Both the position numbers and the translations under genes were made by a program. Shown piece by piece: positions 1 to 9,518 of a stretch of 64,000 nucleotides of DNA (positions are counted from its first letter, which is position 1; every line of letters begins with the position of its first letter). The stretch lies in contig JBHGNT010000014.1 of NCBI GenBank assembly GCA_043228905.1, forward strand, positions 11,036,001 to 11,100,000, in the 5' to 3' direction. This DNA comes from Azolla caroliniana. Its lineage: Eukaryota > Plantae > Polypodiophyta. Under the pieces are notes generated by a model. It searched no databases. It was not told where the DNA came from and worked only from the letters and a program-made list of their open reading frames with translations.

Positions 1-486
1 GACAACTTTCTTTTGGATTAAAATAGTCGCAAGATATAGAAAATATAGCATGAGAGAGACACATACACTGTAGACGGTCTTTCATAACGGTCACACAATT
101 TACATCCACTCATTTTATTTGATAACTTTCTTTTTCTTTTTCCAATTCAAAAAATGCTTTAAAATGTTTGACCCGAAGGCCAAAAAAAATGGCTATGTTT
201 ACAATGGGGCTTGTTTGCTAGGTGGATTTTATGGGGTTTGCATTGTCAAAATATTTGATGAGATGAAATAAGTTCATTATTTTTGTGTGATTTCTTAGTA
301 ACCATGACAACCTTCCAAGATATATGGCTTGGTCTGATATGGATAACAACATGAACATGGACTTGAAAAATTGGAGTACCAATGAATGACACCAAAGAAA
401 TCGACAACAATTGATTGATTGATCAATCGATCATTTAACAAATCCGTCGATTGATGATGGTGATGGTGATAATTGAAGAGTGACAA

Positions 487-792
487 TCAAGCCCAGTAAC
501 CAATTAGAGACATCGCACCTGCACCACAAAATAGGGCACAGTAGTAGTAAAGTTGTAGCTTAAAGCTGCTTTGAAGCCTTTTGCTAAAGAAATCGGCAGC
601 AAGAAGGTCGACCAAAGACATGTACACGAGGATGCCCGCCGAAATTGAATCGAATATTCCTGATACTAAGAGGGCAGTTGGACTATTCTCGTCATAGCCA
701 GATGCTATGGCAATGCCAATGCCGATCCCCAATGGTGTCGTTATCATAAAGAAGAAGGCCATAAGGGATTTCGCGACTAGCTTAAATCCACC
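487..792 (-). CDS. ZIP: ZIP transporter exon 3 (TM6-8)
   Basis: Acceptor tgtgtag|GGT at 792; translates [15 protein letters not shown]...LIGYWA, stop TGA at 487-489. Confidence 0.93.
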   Translation of the reverse strand, partial: GGFKLVAKSLMAFFFMITTPLGIGIGIAIASGYDENSPTALLVSGIFDSISAGILVYMSLVDLLAADFFSKRLQSSFKLQLYYYCALFCGAGAMSLIGYWA

Positions 793-896
793 CTACACAA
801 TAAATAACACATGCCTCTCTCTCTCTCTCTCGCTCTCTCTTAGAAGACGTTAATATATCTTTCTTTCTTTCTTTCTCTCTTGCACGTGTGTGCGCA

Positions 897-932
<36 letters not shown>

Positions 933-2271
933 ACTCCTATTAATGCATGTGAAGAAACTTAAAAAAAACATGTTCCCTTGTATATCAATACACAACCTTT
1001 TTTAACATATGTCTAAGATGCATAATTAAGTTTGTTCCCAAAAAAATTGCATACAAAATCTTTGTTTCTTCTTTCTTTACCTGCGCAACGCATCCGCCAA
1101 GTGCAATGCCTTCGAAGAATTGATGGAACGTTAGTGCGGCAAACAATGGCCTCACGGTGCATGGGCTATATGAAGTTCCCAAGGTAACGCCGATGATCAC
1201 TGAATGAGCAACAATTCCAGCCTCTAGCACCTGCACACACACTAATAAATCCAAAATACGAACCCAAAGTCCCAAACAAAAGTAAAGAATAGAACAAAAA
1301 ACAAAGGGCAGGATAATCTTTGGGGCTCGATAGCCTTAACACATATGTGAGTGATCATGGAATGTGCATTCATTTTCAACCGACATTCTTTGGATCACAA
1401 TATCTTGACTACATGATCTTTGGTTAGGTTCCCACATGTGGGATATAGAGCCACATATTTCTCATATGTTTCACACATGGTTCCCTACCCACAAATGTCT
1501 AGAATGCTTGATTCATGAAACTTTTAAGCCTAACCTCGCTCTATTTCAATCTCACATGATGCAAAAAAGAAGAAGAAGAAGAAGATATGTCCAAGGAAAC
1601 AGAATTTACAGATGAAAGAGTTAGCAAACATGCAAAGATGAATGTTGGGTAAAAAAAAAAACATAGAATTTTGCAATCACCTGAGAGATAATGCGCTGCC
1701 GAATCTGCATCTTCATAGCTTCGGCTTCGCCAGCGACGGAGACGACACCGTGACCGTGGCCGTGGCCGTGGCCGTGGCTGTGACCATGGATGGGTGAACT
1801 AACTTGCTTCTCTGATGAGCCATCAGTAGCAGTAGTGGGATGAGGAAGGTGAAGACCATTCTCATCATCATCACCATCACCATCATGTGAAGCTAGTTTG
1901 TTCTTGTTCTGGTAATAGGTGTTGGCCCAGAAGTCGATCAAGAGGGTGGTGAGGGCGGAGAACATGGAGATGAGGCCGGCGAAAGGGAATTTGCCCCACG
2001 GGTTCTCGGCCAAGCACTCGTTGCCGAGGGTCTCGAATGCATCGGGGAGCATGTGGATGAACGCGGTCCCGAGGATCACTCCGGCCGCAAATGCCTTGAT
2101 GACGAAGAAGAAGTCGCGGTCGGGGCGGAGGAATGAGAAAGTGCGGCCAAGGAGAGGTATGCAAACCCCGAGCCCACTCGTGGTGAGGATCGTCACTATA
2201 GCCGCGATCTTCAGCTGTAGGGCAGCTGTCTTGTCTATGCAAGATGGGAGATCTCCACTGCAATCAGCCAT
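487..2271 (-). CDS. ZIP: ZIP (ZRT/IRT-like) zinc/iron transporter, 3 exons: join(complement 1681-2271, 1081-1230, 487-792), 348 aa
   Basis: Motifs [20 protein letters not shown], His-rich loop [52 protein letters not shown] and a terminal WA. Both introns are phase-0 GT..AG (exons 591+150+306 nt = 349 codons). An in-frame TAA lies upstream of the ATG at 2271. Confidence 0.96.
814..930. repeat. (CT)n, (CTTT)n and (CA)n microsatellites in ZIP intron 2
   Basis: Read directly from the sequence. Confidence 0.9.
1081..1230 (-). CDS. ZIP: ZIP transporter exon 2 (TM4-5 signature)
   Basis: Acceptor gtgtgcag|GTG at 1230, donor CAG|GTAAAG at 1081; translates [10 protein letters not shown]...HQFFEG...CVAQ. 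Confidence 0.95.
1681..2271 (-). CDS. ZIP: ZIP transporter exon 1 (TM1-3 and His-rich loop)
   Basis: ATG at 2271; ends ...RIISQ at donor CAG|GTGATT (1681/1680). Confidence 0.93.
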
Positions 2272-2464
2272 TGCTTCACTTTGAACTAGATTTGTTGGTT
2301 AAGTCAATATAGCCCCTCCTTCCTTCTCCTTAGTGCTTTTGTTTTAGATTGATTGTTGGTTCTTCCTCTTCTTCTTCTTTTGAGGGTATTTGGGGGTATT
2401 GTGTCTCTTCTTCTTAATATATAAAAACAATACACTCTACCCCACCTTCCTCTTCCCCTTCCTC

Positions 2465-2472
2465 TTTATATA
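2465..2472 (-). promoter_or_regulatory. Candidate TATA box of the ZIP gene
   Basis: TATATAAA on the minus strand, about 195 bp upstream of the ATG and about 50 bp downstream of the ZDRE. An alternative TATA-like run lies near 2416-2425. Confidence 0.45.
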
Positions 2473-2519
2473 TAGATATATTGTATATATATGCGGAGTC
2501 TACTTCCAAAGATTCTATA

Positions 2520-2529
2520 ATGTCGACAT
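2520..2529. promoter_or_regulatory. Zinc Deficiency Response Element (ZDRE), proximal
   Basis: ATGTCGACAT is an exact RTGTCGACAY (F-group bZIP19/23 site), about 250 bp upstream of the ZIP ATG, inside the 12-bp palindrome AATGTCGACATT. Confidence 0.85.
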
Positions 2530-4300
2530 TTATTCACCTCCGGAATACAAAGAATTCAGAGGCTCCATTTCTAAGTTTTGCATCTAACTTATCACTTATT
2601 TCCCTGATCCTCAATCATTTGTGTGCTCGCATCTTGACATTTCAGATCTTTCTTTAATGTTTTTGTAAACTTCGTCGTGCCTCCGCCTAACACATCGATC
2701 GTCTTTTCGTGAATTTCTTTATGATATATTTGTCGGCCTTGTCACTTCTCATTATGGGGGGGGGGGGGAGGGGGGGCGGAGAGAGAGGGAGAACCATGTA
2801 GCCTCAATTCCGCCCATTGTAAATTTGACTTCCCAAAACATGTAACAAGTTACTAGCATTATGTACAAGTGTATGAGATTAATGTTTTGTCGCCTCATCT
2901 CAAGGAGTTTGTGTCAACAAACTTGTTGGATTCTCAATTCTCATAGGCATCTCCATTTTCAACATGTCTCTACAAATTTCCAATTTTACTACATTAGTAA
3001 GCTAACCATTATATGTGATGGTAGGTATATCGTAGGTACATAATGACTTCCTTCTAACTTTGTTAGATGGGAACCGTACAACCCAATTAATGACATCAGA
3101 AAGCTAGCGTGGTTTGTGATGCTAGGTATATCATTACCTCACAATGCATCTACTAATAGTCAATTTGTCTACATTAATACATTAGCATTGTCTATGATAG
3201 TGGGCATATCATGTGACATATACACACAATTACCATCTTTTAACTTTTTAGTTGGAGACCTTGGAACCCAATTGAACAAAATTCCTTGGCATGGTCTAAT
3301 GGGGGAAATAGATTTAACTTTTTACGTTTTTTGGACTGGAACTTTCACATCCTAATTGAACAAAATCGACTTAGACAACTAAGTAAATCCATCAATTTCT
3401 ACATATTGGTTTTACTACATCAAACTTGAACATTAATATCCTTGAACCATAAAAATAGTCAAGGCAATTAAATATATGGTTTATTTGAAAACACATAGTA
3501 GTAAAGAGATGAAACCAATAAAATCATAGATATGGTCCATAGACTTAACAATTTTTCAACACTTTTGGGACCCAAACGTATGAAAATTGGTGGTAATGTC
3601 TTTCCTCCTACCTACCCTAATATGATTCTATGCTCCCTTTTGTGAATGGTCCAAGTTACTAATTATTGAACCTAGAATTTGTTTTTTCTTGTTTTTCCAT
3701 CAAGGATGGCATGTTGATCCTAATCAAATAAGAACATAAAACAATATGTCTTAATGCCAATGCCACATGTTGATTTATAATGGTGTCAAGTACTCCTTCA
3801 GCTTTGAATGTTTTTTCTTACATGGTAGATAGTTGTTGGATGGTTTAACGAGAATTTATCTGTTTGATATTTAATTGTCCTATTAATACTATCTTGTTCT
3901 TCTTTAGATTCTTACCCAGCTCCTTTTTTAAGAGTTACGTCAAGGAAGTAGTACGTGTTTGGTACAAGTTGATTGAATTGCGGCATGCACACATTTTTAT
4001 ACAATTTGAGAAAATGTATATTTTAATAGCTTTAACATGTTAGGGATTTGTCAAAAACATAGATTACTCACCAAAATTACTTTATTTGTGCAAGTTATGT
4101 TAAAGTTGATTTGGTTTCTCAATCCATATTTATATGCATAGAATTCAAAAATGGAATACTTCTTGATACTCATCTTGATTCAGCCTTTATAAATGTTTTA
4201 GGATGCCTAATTTTGTTCCGAATTTCAATGTTTCTTTATATGTATTCTATGGTACTCAACTTCTATAATTAAACAATAGTGCCACTTAAAATTGTCATCT

Positions 4301-4310
4301 ATGTCGACAC
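4301..4310. promoter_or_regulatory. ZDRE, distal
   Basis: ATGTCGACAC is an exact RTGTCGACAY, about 2 kb upstream of the ZIP ATG, flanked by inverted TTGTCAT/ATGACAA. Confidence 0.65.
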
Positions 4311-4659
4311 TATGACAACATTATTTGACAACAAGCTACAAGCTACAAGCACATGCCAACATGTCTCACGAAAGCGCATATTACAAAATTGACCTTTCGC
4401 CTTTGTTACTAGATAACATTATATGGCATGACAAAAAGACGCCTCATCGCAACTTTTGTTCACACCGTCACTGATGCATTGCCCAATAATGATATGGTTA
4501 ACGTCAACCATTACCCAATCCCTTATCGACTTTCTTTTCGGATCAATAAAATGATGTCAATCCAACATAGAAGTAGGGATACAAAGCTTACATATTATTG
4601 AACAATCAATAGGTTTTAGATCATATATTATTTCGGTAGAAATTGGGTGAACTTTTGAC

Positions 4660-5330
4660 ACCCATTTTGGGAATGGGCCTTTAAGATAGAACATGGGCAA
4701 TTATGTATACCAACTACTATGTATAAGTCTATGAGGAGATATAGGGAATCTCCATCAAAGACTTCCTTACATATGATGTAATAATTGGTAGTAATTAGAA
4801 ATCTCTTATTTAGATCATAATATAATAATCATATGTGGGTATCTTAACCAATTCCTTGTAGTGCTTGCCTTGAAGTTCCATGTTCTACATATGTTGTGAC
4901 CATTTGAGCAGGTTTCCTCATTAATATCATGCATGGAATGCTTGATCAACCTTCTTGCCTCTATCCTATTTCTTAGAGCTTCTACAATACTACATACTTT
5001 GCCTAGGAGAATGATTAACATCGCAATTGCTTCCATTAGCCATAGTTTCATCCATGAAATTGTCTAAATCAACATTTGTTACATGTCATCAAACATTGGA
5101 TGAGGCAATACTTTGTGGCATCAACATTCATATAAAACAACATTGTGGTTGTGATCATCTTATTTGATGAATGCTTGAACAACCTTCTTGCCTCTATCCT
5201 ATTTGTTAGAGCTTCTACGATACTACATACTTTGCCTAGGAGAACGATGTTGCAACTCCTTCCATTAGCCATAGCTTCAATTGTTGCTACATCAAGTAGA
5301 ATTTGTCATCCCACCATTGCTTGTCACTAA
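4660..5330 (-). mobile_element. Highly degenerate gypsy-like integrase remnant with a ~105-bp direct duplication
   Basis: Minus-strand traces HSMHDINEETC..GH...YPHM and GPFPKWG resemble a gypsy integrase N-terminus. Segment ~4939-5045 is repeated at ~5172-5275. Confidence 0.35.
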
Positions 5331-6548
5331 ATCTTGTAAAATTGTAATTGACCGTGTTGCTTGATTCTCAATCTCTCCATTCTTGCTTTAAGGGTAGACT
5401 CCCGCTATATTTTGCATAGTGGGATGACAATTCTAACTACCCGTATCCAATTCTTATGTACTTATTTCATTTCGCTTTACCGGAGGATATTGTACTTTTT
5501 TTATTGTAACATAATTGTGTTTTTTCTTTAAGAATAATCTCGAATATTGCTAGTAATTCAAAAACATTCTTTCCCCCTTCCTTCCATTGTAAGTGCACAT
5601 GTTATTGAAATTTTTTGCACTCACAATTGTTGGAGATTCAAAGGTCTAGAGAAATGGAAGACTTTCATTGATTCTGACATTTGAGTACAATTGGAGTATA
5701 CAAATTAGGTTATTGTAGAGAACCACAATAGGCTTGTGTGGCTAAAAGAAAATTTGATTTGGCAAATTTTGCAATTGAGCACTTTGCCATTAGAGGACTT
5801 GTCTTTATGTCCAAAAGTCTTGCAATGTTATGTAAATCATGACATAAATGTGTTCAAAGGTTTAACATTCAACAATTTGAATTTGGAAAGATTTCAGAAC
5901 AAAAAGTGTTGATTAGGGCACCTAGATAAAGTTTAGATGTCTACGTTGTCATGTTTTCTTTGGCACAATGGTGTGAATAATCTCTAAACCAAGAATGTTT
6001 GTTAATTGCAAAGAGGTGCAAGAAAGGATAAAATTAGATTGGAATCTAGACCAAGAATCACACATTTGCAACTAGCTTGAGAAAATGTATTTCAAACATA
6101 AGGAAGTATTGTAGCTACAAATGATATGAGATAGTTAAAACATTGTTTTGTTACTCCTCAGATAAAGGATAAAATATTCACATACATACATACAAACATA
6201 GATATATAATTCATGCTAAATCCTAACCACCAAGGGGCATCATATAGACAAACTTCCTAGCACGTGCACACCTCATTAACCAATAAGGGGGGTATAAAAT
6301 GGCAAGGGTTGATTTTCCTAGTTTATTGTTTCCCTAAAGCTTGTTCTATGCATCTTTTCCATAATGTGCCTCTTGTAAGATTCAAACTTCAAACCTTTTC
6401 TTTGTTCTTTAATCCTATATCATAGTTTTCCAATCTCTTCCTTCATATCTCGGAGTCCAACATTACCGAATAGTTCCATTCAAGTAATGTTAAAAAAACG
6501 ACAATATTTGCTAAATTAAAGAGATTTAACCTTAATTAGGTTACATAA

Positions 6549-6645
6549 TGTCAGGGATAGTACTAGAGGCAAGAAGAATTAGTACTAAAGGTAGAGGAGA
6601 AGAATGAGGATTAGTACTAAGAAGGGAAAGAGTGTGTGACAACCA

Positions 6646-6721
<76 letters not shown>

Positions 6722-8315
6722 GTGACAACAAGAAGTATATTATTTATAAGAAGAAAGATACAAGAACAACTAGGAGGCTTACGACTGGCGTTGAACCGAT
6801 TTGGTTCTTGATAATGCCATGTGCCTCTTTTTATAGTGGCTTTCGGAATACTCTTGACATTTCTAGAATGTTCCACAGAAATCTAGAATATACATGGATT
6901 TCCTAAGTGAAATAATAAATGGAAATAATATTCTTTGTATTACAACTTATATCTTAATGGTAAAGCTTTTGCTCATGTGCCACAAGGTCATGGGTTCAAA
7001 TCCTTTTGAAGCCATACCATGCTATATCATGACACTATCCCCCCCCCCCCCCCCCCCCTCCTGGCTTGTCGGGATATCGTCGATGAAAGTACTCAACAAG
7101 AGTTCGAGCATTTACCTCATTCTCGATTGGTTCCCAAGTACGCACACTTGGGACTATAGCCTAGCCAATCGACAAAATAGTAGAGCTTGTTGAGAACAAT
7201 CTTGGAATGAAGGATGGAAGCTACTTCGTACTCCGGTCCGACTTCAAGCTCGATCAAGGGTGGAGATGGTATAATACAATTCGGAATAGTGTTGTCGTGA
7301 TAAGGTTCGAGAAGAGAACTATGAAAAACTGGACGTATCCATAGTTGCAAACGTAGATCAAGACGAAAAGCGACATCATTAATTTTTCCGATAATATGAA
7401 AAGGACCTAATTGCCGATAGTCCAATTTATCGCATGGTCGAGTAGTCTTGATGTGTCATCGTAATAGCCATACCCGATCTCCAATGTTAAAACTGGATAG
7501 AAACCGATGACGATCCGCATAATCCTTCTATGTTTGTTGGGCTTGTTGTAAATGAGTACATAAGTCTGCATGTATCTTGCGTAGCTGCTCCAAACGATCC
7601 TCTACACAAGGATTTGTGGGTAAGTACGGAGTCTCGAATACACAACACCGAGGATAATAGCCCATATAAGCATAAAATGGTGTTGATGAGTGGACAAAGT
7701 TATTATACGCAAATTCTGCAAAGTGGAGAATATCCACCCAGTCATCTTGTTGATAGCTTAGAAAACACCGAAGATAGTGTTCCAGCATTTGATTCGTTCG
7801 TTCCGCTTGCCCGTTTGTTTGCGGGTGATAGCCGAAGAAGAGATTACAATGACCTTGAGAATTTTGAAGAGATGCTTCAAGAATTTGGAGACAAATTGGG
7901 GTCTACGGTCATTGATGATGCTATCGGGGAGGCCATGACGCCAACATACCTCTCGCATGACAGTTTCACCGGTTTCTTCACTAGTGATTTCCTTAGTACA
8001 AGGCAAAAAATTTGCCATCTTTGTATATCAATCTACTACTGTTAAGATCTGTGATGAAATCTAGGGAAATGGATTGCCACGACTTACTTGGAATTGGCAA
8101 TGGTTCCAATAAACCATATGGATGATGACTTCGCATCTTTGCCTTGCAACATGTATCACATGTCTGAACATAGTCTTCGACAAATCGTTGCATATGAGGT
8201 CACTAGAATGATCGTTGTACTAAATCCAACGTTTTAGTACTACCGAAATGCCCAGATGTATATGTGTCATGATGGTTTTGGACTACTCGAAGGCGACCAG
8301 AACCATTAGGAACAA
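6549..8315 (-). mobile_element. Ty3/gypsy chromovirus (Tcn1-like), 3' fragment: integrase, chromodomain, PPT and 3' LTR (6549-7034)
   Basis: HD..TSGHFG..KT, CDTC, WQSISLDFITDL, GPF motif, chromodomain EYEVASILHSK..YYFVDWLGY...FHRRYPDKP, poly-G PPT at 7035-7060, LTR TGTCA...TGACA. Confidence 0.88.
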
Positions 8316-8821
8316 TTAGGACCGAAATTTCTTTCCCACTTGCAACTTGCCTTCACCTTCAGACTTGGTAAGAATAAGACGGAGGTCCCCTTCTTCCTCG
8401 GTGTAGATCAACGTCCACTCCACATAGTGGTAGCTCTTTAGGCGAGGCTCCCCACTCTTTTCGCCTAAAGTCTTGGGCGTGTTACCGACAAAAGACTTTG
8501 AAGTATCATCACCTCTTGACTCGATAAATGTTTTGTGAGAATCAGCTTTCATCATGGTGTCAGAAGGTCTTTTTGTTGGTGATGGAACTTTTAGTTTGAA
8601 AGGTGGCACTTTCTGTCGTGGCTCACTGAAAACAACAAGTCATGACACAAGGATATAACGATAATGTTAATAATAAACAATATAGAACTCTTAACTAAGG
8701 TAAAAATTAGCGAAAATCATACGTTTTTGTATAGAATGTTACATAAAAAACTTGAAGAAATAAACCAAAAAACATCAAAAAAATTGACCAAATCTGATCT
8801 ATTGATCATGAAAAACCCATT

Positions 8822-9158
8822 TTTCAATGGGAACTCAATGTAGTGCATTGCATTGAGTTCCCATTGAAAGAGTACTGCAAACAACAGGAACTTGATGTAG
8901 TGCATTGAGTTCCCGTTGAAAGAGGTGTCCCTTTCAACAGGAACTGGATGAACTTGATGCTCTGCATCGAGTTCTCGTTGAAAGTGACACTCTTGAAGAA
9001 CGGGAACTCGATGCAGTGCATCGAGTTCTCATTGAAAGGGACACTCTTGAAGAACGGGAACTCGATGTAATGCATCGAGTTCTCGTTGAAAGGGACACTC
9101 TTGAAGAAGAACAGGAACTCGATGCATTGCATCGAGTTCCCGTTGAAAGGGATACACC
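8822..9158. repeat. Tandem array of six ~54-bp units, each with a long palindrome
   Basis: Unit AACGGGAACTCGATGCA-G-TGCATCGAGTTCYCRTT-GAAAGGGACACTCTTGAAG; units start near 8824, 8881, 8935, 8999, 9053 and 9110. Confidence 0.9.
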
Positions 9159-9518
9159 TCGATTATGGAAGCAAAAAATGAATAAAACAAAAAAGAATCT
9201 TTAAGGAATCTAAAATGTTGGGTTGGAAAACATACTTGGCAATTTTCTTTCCCTTGTTCATGTTGATGTTGGAGATGTTGACTTGATTGGGGAGGCGAAA
9301 AATCAACGGTTTTGGTTGCTAAGTGCTCTTGTCCTCTTGTGCTCTTCTTCTAGTTGAACGTGATAATGAGAAATAGAAGATGACTTCCCTTTATATAATT
9401 TTAATTTTGTATTTTCAAGACTATTTAAAAATAAATAAATAAATAATGTTTTTGGACATGGTGCTTATTATGGAACCAAGCTTGTGCATATTTTGAACAT
9501 TGTTGTTGTTACTTAGCC

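Noticed and set aside
399-452. Near-palindrome in the ZIP 3' UTR (TGATTGATTGATCAATCGATCA) as a regulatory hairpin or miRNA
   Set aside because: Short and built from low-complexity GATT/GATC repeats; no support without conservation data.
1883-2284. Overlapping 126-aa and 121-aa ORFs
   Set aside because: Alternative and antisense frames of the GC-rich ZIP exon 1.
2755-2790. Poly-G / G-quadruplex upstream of ZIP
   Set aside because: A simple homopolymer; similar runs occur in TEs here (7039, 18770), with no evidence of function.
6541-6906. ORFs with SLSL/ERER runs
   Set aside because: Translation of the (GT)n(GA)n microsatellite within an LTR.
8822-9158. CRISPR-like array (palindromic repeats with spacers)
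   Set aside because: The linkers are near-identical rather than unique, there are no cas genes, and the context is eukaryotic. Kept as a palindromic tandem array.
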